Positions 8,044-15,365 of a stretch of DNA of 32,000 nucleotides are shown one piece after another. The stretch covers positions 2,040,001-2,072,000 of the forward strand of contig NC_017080.1 in NCBI RefSeq assembly GCF_000284115.1. Direction: 5' to 3'. Source of the stretch: Phycisphaera mikurensis NBRC 102666 (GTDB lineage Bacteria > Planctomycetota > Phycisphaerae > Phycisphaerales > Phycisphaeraceae). The stretch's first letter is position 1, and each line of letters opens with the position of its first letter. A program made the translations under genes and the position numbers. Under the pieces are notes generated by a model. It was not told the DNA's origin. It made no database searches and saw only the letters and a program-made list of their open reading frames with translations.

Positions 8044-8061
8044 GGCCGCCCTCGGGCGGCC
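8044..8061 (+). terminator. stem-loop GGCCGCC-ctcg-GGCGGCC just after the tRNA
   Basis: 7-bp perfect GC stem with a 4-nt loop, starting 9 nt after the tRNA 3' end. No U-tract. Confidence 0.3.
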
Positions 8062-8239
8062 CGGTCGCGTGCGCGCCCCGCTTGGCGCACCGTGCGCAAT
8101 TCTCCGATCGCCTCTGCGGGCGAGTCGTGCCCCTCGCTTCGTCGGCTGCATCGCCCTGCAGGGGCATGGCTGCTTTGCCGCCTCGCGAGGAACACGCCCC
8201 GCGGACGCAGGGCCGATCGAAAAAACTGCGCACGATGCT

Positions 8240-10975
8240 CTAGCCACCCCGCTTCAGCCGCTCAAGGTCGAAGACCTGGGCGTCCTGCACACCCAGGGCC
8301 CGGTGGCGGGACCAGTGGCAGGTGGCCAGCAGCACCTGCAGGGGCGGGGCGGCGGCGGCGAGGACCGCGGCCATCGCGGCGAAGCGTTCGTCGTCGGTGT
8401 GCGTGAGCGGGTCGTCGAGCAGGAGCGGGAGCGCGCCGGCGGAGGGGCAGGCCCCGGCGGCGTCGCCGGCGAGCACGCGGCCCATGGCGAGGCGGACCAG
8501 CACGCCGAGCTGCTCGCGGCCGCCGGCGGAGAGGGTGTCAAAGTCTTCGGGTCCGCCGGCCCGCTCGATCTGGAGGGCTTCGAAGCCGGCGTCGAAGCGG
8601 GTGGTGGCGCCCGGGAACAGCCGCGGGAGCAGCCGGTCGATCTCGACGCGGAGCGGGGCGAGGAAGGCGGAGCGGGCGGCGGCGCGGTGCCGGCTGAGCG
8701 TGTCGTGCAGCCGCTTCGCGGCACCAGCCTCGGCGTGCAGGCGGTCGGCGGCGGCTCGTGCTTGCTCCGCGGCGAGGGCGGCGGCGGCCAGGCGGTCGGG
8801 CAGGCCGACGGCGTCGCCGGCGTGCAGCATGGCGTCGAGGCGCGTGAGCTCGTCCTCGTGCGTGCGGGCCTCGGCCTGCGCCTGCGTGAGCACGCGCTCG
8901 GCGCGGGCGGCGTCGGCGTCGGCGGCGGCGACGTCGGCGGCGGGGAGGTCGGTCAGCGCCGCCTCGGCCGCCGCCGCCGCCTCGGCGGCGTCGGCGGCGG
9001 CGGCCTCGAGCGCCTCGTCGGGGCCGTGGTCGTCCCGGTGAGCGGCGAGCCGCCCGGCCGCGGCGGTCGCGTCGGCGGCGGATCGCGCGGAAGCCTGGAC
9101 CGCGAGGGCCCGTCGCTCGCGGGCGTCGGCGGCGGCCCGCTCCGCGGCGGCCCGCGCCTTCCGGGCGGACTCCGCCCGGGCGCGGGCGGTGTCGAGGCCG
9201 CGGCGGGCGGCGGCGACGGCGGCCTCCGCCTCGTCCTCGTTCGCCGGGGCGGCTGCGGCGGCGCGGCCCAGCGCCTCGCGCTCTCGGGCTCGCGCGCCGC
9301 GCCGGCGCTCCAGGGCGGCCGCGGCGGCGCGAGCCTCCTCGAGGCCGCCGGGCGCGTGGAGGCCGAGCCGGTCGCGGTGACGCCGCGCCTCGGCGTCGAG
9401 CTCCGCGGCGCGAGTGGCGAGCTCTGCGGCATGATCGGCCGAGGCGACCCCGGCACGCTCCAGCGCCCGCCGCAGGGCCGCGGCCGCCGGTGCGGCGCTC
9501 GACTCGCCGGCGGAGGCAGGCGTCACGGCGACCCGCACGCCGGCGACCGCGACGGTGAGCGGAACCGAGGCCGCGAACGAGGCCGCCGACCCGGGCTCCA
9601 CCGCCGCGTCGAGCGGCTCGGGATCCTCGGCTCGCACCGCCGCCGGCTCGCCCGCGGCGGCCTCCACCGAGACCTCCACCCGAGGCGCGACGGCCCGGCG
9701 TGCGGCCGCATCGGCCGCCTCCGCCGCGGCCAGCGCGTCCGCGAGCTTCCGCAGCTTCCGCGCCGCCGCCGCGTCCACGGCGATGCCGGCCCGCTCGCGC
9801 AGCGCCGCCTCCAGCTCCTCCGCCGCCGCTTCGGCCGACGCGAGCCGCTCCGCCGCCTCGGTCGCCGCCGCCGCCAGCCGCAGCGTCTCGGCGTCCAGCT
9901 CCGCCGCCCGCAGCGCCGCTTCCTCCGCCGCCGTGCCCTCCGCCGCGCCCGATTCCGCGGCCGGAGCGTCCTCCGCCGCCGCCGGCACCTCCTCCGCCGC
10001 CCGCTGGGCCGCGGCCGCCGCCGCTTCGGCCGCGGCGCGGAGCGTCTCCCGCTGCTTCGCCCGTTCCCGGGCCTGCCGCGCCTCCAGCCCGGCAGCCCGT
10101 TGCGCCTGGGCTGCCCGCTCCCGCTCGGCGCCGCGGACCGCGGCTTCGCGGGCGATCTGGCGGGCACGGTCCGCGGATTTCTTCAGCTCCGGCAGCTGCG
10201 CCGCGAGGCCGGCGAGGCGGCCCGCCGCGCGGCGGTGGGCGTCGAGGGCTTCGGCCTGACGCGCCGCGCGTTCCTCCAGGACGGCAAGCGCCCGCTGTGC
10301 CGCGTCCAGTGCCGCCTCCACCCTCGCCCGCTCGCTGCCGGCGGACCGCTTCGCGGACCCGCTGGGGGTGAAGAAGCGGGCGCACTCGGCCTCGGCGAGC
10401 CCCGCCAGCGCCTCGCCCTCGCCGCCGCCGTCGAGGGCCTCCCCCGACAGGGCTTCGAGGGCGGCGGAAAGGCTCTCCCGGCCCGGATCCGCGAGGTCGG
10501 CGCCCGGGGCCCGGTCGCTGCGGTTCTGCGCCACGAACAGGAGCGGCCAGAAGTTGACGTGCTCGGGCGCGAGCGGATCGCGGCTGCGACCGGCGTCGGC
10601 GAGGCCGAGCACCGCCCGGAGCCGGTCCTCGGCCGCGTCGTCCTCGAGCGTGGCCGCCGAGCCTCCGCCCGCCGGCGTCACCACCAGGCGCGTGCCGCCG
10701 GAGGCGTGGAACCTCTTGGTCAGCCGGTGCTCGCTGCCGTCCCGCAGGAAGACCACCTCCACCTCGGGCTGCCCGCCGCCGTGGGGCGCCATCGCGCGGT
10801 GGAACTCGCCGCCGCTGCGGGCCTTCACCAGCAGCGCGTTCCGCAGCGCCTCCATCAGCGTCGACTTGCCCGACTCGTTGGGCCCGTGCAGCACGTTGAG
10901 CCCCGGCCCCAGCCGCAGCTCCACCGGCCCGGCCACGCCGCGGTACCCGGCAACGCGGAGGCTGCGGATCAGCAC
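8240..10975 (-). CDS. SbcC/Rad50-like (YhaN-type) coiled-coil ATPase (911 aa)
   Basis: N-terminal Walker A LHGPNESGKST. Roughly 700 aa of Ala/Glu/Arg-rich predicted coiled coil. C-terminal signature-like LSAGGREQ and Walker B/D-loop LLLDDPLTHTD. The GTG at 10975 overlaps the upstream gene's stop (GTGCTGA). The track ORF extends to 12127, but that extension reads the upstream gene in another frame. Confidence 0.85.
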   Translation of the reverse strand: MLIRSLRVAGYRGVAGPVELRLGPGLNVLHGPNESGKSTLMEALRNALLVKARSGGEFHRAMAPHGGGQPEVEVVFLRDGSEHRLTKRFHASGGTRLVVTPAGGGSAATLEDDAAEDRLRAVLGLADAGRSRDPLAPEHVNFWPLLFVAQNRSDRAPGADLADPGRESLSAALEALSGEALDGGGEGEALAGLAEAECARFFTPSGSAKRSAGSERARVEAALDAAQRALAVLEERAARQAEALDAHRRAAGRLAGLAAQLPELKKSADRARQIAREAAVRGAERERAAQAQRAAGLEARQARERAKQRETLRAAAEAAAAAAQRAAEEVPAAAEDAPAAESGAAEGTAAEEAALRAAELDAETLRLAAAATEAAERLASAEAAAEELEAALRERAGIAVDAAAARKLRKLADALAAAEAADAAARRAVAPRVEVSVEAAAGEPAAVRAEDPEPLDAAVEPGSAASFAASVPLTVAVAGVRVAVTPASAGESSAAPAAAALRRALERAGVASADHAAELATRAAELDAEARRHRDRLGLHAPGGLEEARAAAAALERRRGARAREREALGRAAAAAPANEDEAEAAVAAARRGLDTARARAESARKARAAAERAAADARERRALAVQASARSAADATAAAGRLAAHRDDHGPDEALEAAAADAAEAAAAAEAALTDLPAADVAAADADAARAERVLTQAQAEARTHEDELTRLDAMLHAGDAVGLPDRLAAAALAAEQARAAADRLHAEAGAAKRLHDTLSRHRAAARSAFLAPLRVEIDRLLPRLFPGATTRFDAGFEALQIERAGGPEDFDTLSAGGREQLGVLVRLAMGRVLAGDAAGACPSAGALPLLLDDPLTHTDDERFAAMAAVLAAAAPPLQVLLATCHWSRHRALGVQDAQVFDLERLKRGG

Positions 10976-12108
10976 GACGCCGCCTCCGCCAGGAGACGCT
11001 GGAGCAGGACCAGCGCCTCCGCCGCCTCGGCGTCGTCCTCCTCGGCCGACAGCTCCGCGATCGCCGCCCGCACGAAGCCGGGTGCCGACGCCGCGGCTTC
11101 CTCCAGCGTCGCCGCGTCCGCCAGCACGCGGGGCCGGAACGCCCCGCCCGCCGCGTCGCGGAGCCGCAGGTGCAGCAGCCGGTGCCCCGCCGCGTCGAGC
11201 ACCCGATCCAGCCGCGCGGCCGCCGCCGCGGGCAGGGCCGCGTCGAGCTCCAGCCGCAGCAGCGTGTCCTCCTCCGCGGCGAGCGCTTGCAGGCGGGCGT
11301 CCAGCGCCTCGACCTCGCTCGCCTCCCGCAGCCGCGCCTCCTCCCGCAGCCAGCGCGTCCTCGCCAGCTTCACCGGCTCCACCTCCGGCACCGCGCCGGG
11401 GCCGGCGATCCGCACGACCAGCGCGTTGCCGCTGTCGTTGTTGACGAAGGACGTCGGCTCGGGGGAGCCGGCGTACGCGGTCCTCGCGTCGAGCGTCTGG
11501 AAGCCGTGCCAGTCGCCGAGCGCGAGGTAATCCAGCCCCGCGGAGGCCGCGCGTCCCGGCGCGATCGTCGCCGAGCGGCCGCCGGAGATCTCGGCGAAGT
11601 CGGTCGTGCCGCCGTGGGCGAGGCCGATGCGGATCGCGCCCGCCCGCCCGCTGCCGAAGCTTCGCGTGAGGTGCGCCGTCGGATCGGCCGGCGACGCGGG
11701 GTCCGCGGGCGCCGGCAGGATCACCGCCCCGTGCTCGTCGAGGAACAGCGGTTCCCGCGCCGCCAGCACCGACACGTTCGCCGGCTTCTCCCGCGCCCAG
11801 ACCTCCCGCCCGAAGACGCCGCCGGGCACGCCCGAGAGGTCGTGGTTCCCCGGCAGCACCCGCACCGGCACCGCGACGGAGCCGAGCTTCCCGCACGCCG
11901 CGGCGACCGTGCGGTCGTCCACGAGCCCGCCGTCGAAGAGGTCGCCCGCCACGAGCACGAAAGCCGCCCCACGCTCCGCCGCCAGCGCCCCGATTCGGTC
12001 GATCGCCTCCAGCCGCAGCTGCCGCACCCGCGGTGCCGCGTCGCCTCCCCCCAGGAAGTGCAGCGGCTGCCCGAGGTGCAGGTCGGCGGCGTGGACGAAG
12101 GTCAGCAC
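10969..12108 (-). CDS. SbcD/Mre11-like metallophosphoesterase (DNA repair exonuclease family, 379 aa)
   Basis: Calcineurin-like phosphoesterase motifs FVHAADLHLG, VAGDLFD, LPGNHD, GLAHGG and LGDWH. The GTG at 12108 is in frame with track ORF 10969-13872, whose upstream part overlaps purF in another frame. Confidence 0.85.
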   Translation of the reverse strand: MLTFVHAADLHLGQPLHFLGGGDAAPRVRQLRLEAIDRIGALAAERGAAFVLVAGDLFDGGLVDDRTVAAACGKLGSVAVPVRVLPGNHDLSGVPGGVFGREVWAREKPANVSVLAAREPLFLDEHGAVILPAPADPASPADPTAHLTRSFGSGRAGAIRIGLAHGGTTDFAEISGGRSATIAPGRAASAGLDYLALGDWHGFQTLDARTAYAGSPEPTSFVNNDSGNALVVRIAGPGAVPEVEPVKLARTRWLREEARLREASEVEALDARLQALAAEEDTLLRLELDAALPAAAAARLDRVLDAAGHRLLHLRLRDAAGGAFRPRVLADAATLEEAAASAPGFVRAAIAELSAEEDDAEAAEALVLLQRLLAEAASC

Positions 12109-12206
12109 GGCAGGAAGGTAGATGCACCGGACGCGCCGTCGCAGCCCGACCGCCTCCCCGCGGACAGCGTGTCGTCCGCGGGGCCCGGCGGCGGCGTCGA
12201 CGCTTC

Positions 12207-12234
12207 GGAGGCGCGTCGGGTCCGTCGCGCCTCC
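12207..12234 (-). terminator. stem-loop GGAGGCGCG-(10 nt)-CGCGCCTCC between purF and the sbcD-like gene
   Basis: 9-bp perfect GC-rich stem read directly, about 120 nt downstream of the purF stop on the minus strand. No U-tract. Confidence 0.3.
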
Positions 12235-12284
12235 CCGCCGGAGCCCGTTGGGCTTCGGATCGGGGCGGTGGCCCTGAACGGTCT

Positions 12285-12309
12285 CCTTCGTGCCTTCGCG
12301 TCCTTCGCG
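12285..12309. repeat. short tandem repeat CCTTCGTG / CCTTCGCG / TCCTTCGCG
   Basis: Three adjacent copies read directly. On the transcribed (minus) strand they give three GAAGG motifs, 45-70 nt after the purF stop. Confidence 0.5.
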
Positions 12310-12353
12310 CTCGGCGGAGCGTCGCCCGGCAGAACCCCGGCTCCGACGGCGGA

Positions 12354-13874
12354 CTACCTGGATGCCAGCGCCGCCGTCTGCGCGGCGTCGTTGCGCTTCT
12401 CGCGGACGCCCTCGAGGTACCCCGCGTCGATGTCGCCGGTGGGGTACACGCCGTCGAAGACCGAGCAGTCGAAGCGCTCGATCTGGGGGTTGCCTTCTCG
12501 GGAGCAGGCCACGAGGTCGGCGAGGTCCTGGTAGACGAGCCAATCGGCGCCGATCTCCTCGGCCACCTGCTCGGTCGTGCGGCCGTGGGCGATGAGTTCC
12601 TCGGGCGCGGGCATGTCGATGCCGTAGACGTTGGGGAAGCGCACCGGCGGGGCGGCGGAGCAGTAGACGACGCGCTTCGCGCCGGCCTCGCGGGCGAGCT
12701 TGATGATCTGCGTGCACGTCGTGCCGCGGACGATCGAGTCGTCCACGAGGCAGACGGTCTTGCCGGCGAACTCCAGCGGGATCGGGTTGAGCTTCTTCCG
12801 CACGCTCTTGCGCCGCTCCGCCTGCCCGGGCATGATGAAGGTGCGGCCGACGTAGCGGTTCTTGATGAAGCCCTCGCGGTAGGGCACGCCCAGCCGCGCG
12901 GCCATGGAGAGGGCGGCGGTGCGGCCCGAGTCGGGGATGGGCATCACCACGTCGATGCCGGCGGGCTTGCCGTTGTCGCTCTGGATGCCCAGCCGGCTCG
13001 CCTCGCGGAAGACCTTGTCTGCCAGCTTCTCGCCCATCCGCAGCCGGGCCTTGTAGACCGAAACGCCGTCCATCATCGAGTCGGGCCGGGCGAGGTAGAC
13101 GTGCTCGAAGATGCACGGCACCGGCGGGCGGTGGGCCGCCCCCGATGGACGCCGGACGAGCTGCCCGGCCGCGTCGGCCCAAACCGCTTCGCCCGGGCCG
13201 ACGTCGTCGAGCAGCTCGAAGCCCAGGGCGTCCAGCGCCACCGACTCGCTGGCGATCATGTGCTCGACGCCCTGCAGGGTCTCCCGCCGGCCGATCACCA
13301 GCGGGCGGATGCCCAGCGGGTCTCGCAGGGCGAAAACGCCGTGGCCCATGACCAGCCCGGTGACCGCGTACGCGCCGCGGCAGCGGCGCCGGACGCCGTC
13401 GCAGGCGTCGAAGACGGCGTCGGCGAGGGGCGTCCCCGCCGGCTTCTGCTGCAGCTCGTGGGCGAAGATGTTCAGCAGCACCTCCGAGTCGGAGGTGGTG
13501 TTGAGGTGCCGGCGGTCGCTCTGGCGGAGGTCCTCCACCAGCTCGGCGGTGTTGGTGAGATTGCCGTTGTGGGCGAGCGCCAGGCCGTAGGGGGCGTTCA
13601 CGTAGAAGGGCTGCGCCTCGGCGTTGCTGGGGCAGCCGGCGGTGGGGTAGCGGCAGTGCCCGATGCCCTGCCCGCCCGCGAGCCTGTTCATGTGCTTCTG
13701 GCGGAAGACGTCGGCGACCAGCCCGTTGTCCTTGCGGAGCGCGAGGCGGCCGTGGTCGTCGGTGGCGATGCCCGCGGCGTCCTGCCCCCGGTGCTGCAGC
13801 ACCGAGAGCGCGTCGTAGAGCTGCGGCCCCGCGGCCGCGTTGCTCGAGCCGGTGATCGCGACGATTCCGCACAA
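12354..13874 (-). CDS. purF: amidophosphoribosyltransferase (506 aa)
   Basis: The N-terminus (M)CGIVAI carries the catalytic Cys1 glutamine amidotransferase. It continues LQHRGQDAAGIA and ends in a PRTase domain, TVCLVDDSIVRGTT. TTG start per the ORF track. Confidence 0.97.
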   Translation of the reverse strand: MCGIVAITGSSNAAAGPQLYDALSVLQHRGQDAAGIATDDHGRLALRKDNGLVADVFRQKHMNRLAGGQGIGHCRYPTAGCPSNAEAQPFYVNAPYGLALAHNGNLTNTAELVEDLRQSDRRHLNTTSDSEVLLNIFAHELQQKPAGTPLADAVFDACDGVRRRCRGAYAVTGLVMGHGVFALRDPLGIRPLVIGRRETLQGVEHMIASESVALDALGFELLDDVGPGEAVWADAAGQLVRRPSGAAHRPPVPCIFEHVYLARPDSMMDGVSVYKARLRMGEKLADKVFREASRLGIQSDNGKPAGIDVVMPIPDSGRTAALSMAARLGVPYREGFIKNRYVGRTFIMPGQAERRKSVRKKLNPIPLEFAGKTVCLVDDSIVRGTTCTQIIKLAREAGAKRVVYCSAAPPVRFPNVYGIDMPAPEELIAHGRTTEQVAEEIGADWLVYQDLADLVACSREGNPQIERFDCSVFDGVYPTGDIDAGYLEGVREKRNDAAQTAALASR

Positions 13875-13905
13875 GGTCAGCTGGGCCGGTTCCGGGGCGG
13901 GGGGG

Positions 13906-14277
13906 TCAGGAAGCGTCCGCGCCGGGCGCGGCGGGCTTGAGGAACTGGCTCTCGAGATAGCAGGCGACGTAGTCGATGATCGACTTGACCTCCGGGATCT
14001 CGGGGTTGTTGGTGTGGCCCATCGGCTCGAAGCGCATGTCGCGGAAGCGCTCGACGGCCTCGTCCAGCGGCAGGCCGTACTGCAGGGCGAGCGAGAAGGC
14101 GCGGCAGAAGGCCTGCATCAGGCCCGAGAGCGTCGAGCCCTCCTTGCTCATCTTCACGAAGAGCTCCCCGGGGTTGCCGTCGTCGAAGAGGCCGACGGTG
14201 AGGTAACCCTCGTGGCCCTGGATCGCGAACTTGTGGGTGACGGACGCACGGGTCGCGTCGAGGCTCCTGCGGCTCAT
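13906..14277 (-). CDS. stand-alone homolog of the C-terminal region of B12-dependent class II ribonucleotide reductase (TSCPD-type domain protein, 123 aa)
   Basis: The sequence is THKFAIQGHEGYLTVGLFDDGNPGELFVKMSKEGSTLSGLMQAFCRAFSLALQYGLPLDEAVERFRDMRFEPMGHTNNPEIPEVKSIIDYV. It matches the conserved NrdJ C-terminal block as I remember it. No RNR catalytic barrel is encoded nearby. Confidence 0.8.
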   Translation of the reverse strand: MSRRSLDATRASVTHKFAIQGHEGYLTVGLFDDGNPGELFVKMSKEGSTLSGLMQAFCRAFSLALQYGLPLDEAVERFRDMRFEPMGHTNNPEIPEVKSIIDYVACYLESQFLKPAAPGADAS

Positions 14278-14286
14278 GGCCGCAGC

Positions 14287-15165
14287 TTATGGCCGCGCCG
14301 CGGGGGGGCCTCCGCCGGGAGCCGCGACGCGACCGCGGAGGTGCTTCCGCCAGGCCGGGCGGAACACCAGGCCGCGCCGGGCGGAGCTCCAAAGGTCGCC
14401 CAAGCGTGGGAGCGGGCGGGAGCCCGCCGCCTGGACGCGCAGGAAGGCCGCCAGGTCGTCGCCGAGCGTGGGGCCGTGGGCCCGCTCCTGCTCCGCGAAC
14501 ACCCGCTCCGCCGCGTGCTCGTAGAGGAGGAGGTCCTCGCCGTTGACCTCACGCAGGAGCGCGGCGTTGGCGGGGTCCTGCTGGAGGTCGCTGGCGATCC
14601 GCCCGCAGAGCGAGCGGTTGCGGCTGCGGTAGCGGATGTCGAAGCCCTCTTCGCCGATCCAGCGGCGGAGCATCACCAGCGACAGGTCGAAGCGGGACTG
14701 CAGGCCCACGAAGCCGATCCGCTCGCCAAGCACCTCGATCGCGTGCCCGGCGGTCGCCCGCTCCCTGGGCTCCCCGGTCAGCGCCCGGCACAGGAAGTTG
14801 GCGTGCCCAACCGCGTAGTGCTCGAAGGGCGGCATCGGGCGGCCGCGCTGGTGGCCGTACTGGAAGGCGGAGAACGCCCGCTGGATCGGGCAGCGGAAGA
14901 AGGTGAACATCCGAGCGCCCGGGATCCGCCCCACGACCGAGTGCGGCATGCAGGCGTGGCCCGCGAGGCTTCGCAGCCCGGGGTGGTGCCGCCGGATCAG
15001 CTCCAGGTCCTCCTCGCGCATGCGGGAGGGGTGGTTGTACAGCTCGCAGTGGGCTGTGCCGAAGTGCCGCCGCAGCAGCTCCCGGGTTGTCTTGCCCGCC
15101 GTCTTCTCGATGTGCGCGAAGACGAGCGGGCCCCTCTTGTCCGTGCTTGCCTCGGAGGGACCCAC
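14287..15165 (-). CDS. sulfotransferase family protein (292 aa from GTG 15165; the track ORF extends to ATG 15318)
   Basis: The PAPS-loop-like motif FAHIEKTAGKT lies near the N-terminus, and the rest fits the general Sulfotransfer_2-like layout. The 51 codons upstream of GTG 15165 are Arg/Pro-rich and look non-coding, so the start is uncertain. Confidence 0.7.
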   Translation of the reverse strand: MGPSEASTDKRGPLVFAHIEKTAGKTTRELLRRHFGTAHCELYNHPSRMREEDLELIRRHHPGLRSLAGHACMPHSVVGRIPGARMFTFFRCPIQRAFSAFQYGHQRGRPMPPFEHYAVGHANFLCRALTGEPRERATAGHAIEVLGERIGFVGLQSRFDLSLVMLRRWIGEEGFDIRYRSRNRSLCGRIASDLQQDPANAALLREVNGEDLLLYEHAAERVFAEQERAHGPTLGDDLAAFLRVQAAGSRPLPRLGDLWSSARRGLVFRPAWRKHLRGRVAAPGGGPPAARP

Positions 15166-15365
15166 GTCGTGCTGCTCTTGCTTGGGGGCACGGGGTCGCG
15201 CACGCCGACCCGCGGCGTGGAGACCCCATCGACGAAGAAAACGTTGCGGCCACACCGCCGCCACGCCGCGCCCCAGACTACCGCGCGGGGACGAATCTCC
15301 AAGGGTTCGTCGCGGCATCCGGAATGGGGCCGCAGGCGTTCCCAGAGGCGAGCTAGGGTTCCCCG

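Noticed and set aside
8900-10300. GCC/GCG-rich low-complexity DNA as a microsatellite or contingency locus
   Set aside because: It is fully explained by the Ala/Glu/Arg-rich coiled coil of the SbcC-like protein. I could identify no exact tandem unit of constant period.
8069-11530. 1153-aa plus-strand ORF opposite the SbcC/SbcD-like genes
   Set aside because: It is antisense to genes with clear Walker and phosphoesterase motifs. The product is Gly/Arg/Ala low complexity with no recognisable domain.
10976-12127. N-terminal extension making the SbcC-like ORF 1295 aa (and, likewise, extension of the SbcD-like ORF to 13872 and the HARE-HTH ORF back to 849)
   Set aside because: The extensions run through neighbouring genes in other frames and encode Arg/Gly/Pro-rich sequence. 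The conserved N-terminal motifs (GPNESGKST; HAADLHLG; the HARE-HTH helix) sit right after internal GTG/ATG starts.
7963-12353. Genomic island integrated at the 3' end of tRNA-Ala
   Set aside because: There is no integrase or recombinase gene. I found no direct repeat of the tRNA 3' segment (GTTCGATCCTCATCGGTTCCA) in the 12109-12353 spacer. The GC of the SbcCD-like genes is as high as the surroundings.
15187-15201. GGCACG...GC as a sigma54 promoter in the sulfotransferase/activator divergent region
   Set aside because: The GC dinucleotide is 11 nt rather than 10 nt from the GG. Sigma54 promoters do not tolerate spacing changes, so this is likely chance in GC-rich DNA.
15166-15318. Use of ATG 15318 as the sulfotransferase start
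   Set aside because: The extra 51 residues are Arg/Pro/Gly-rich and unlike the rest of the protein. The conserved FAHIEKTAGKT loop normally lies near the N-terminus, so I preferred GTG 15165, but I keep this as an open uncertainty.
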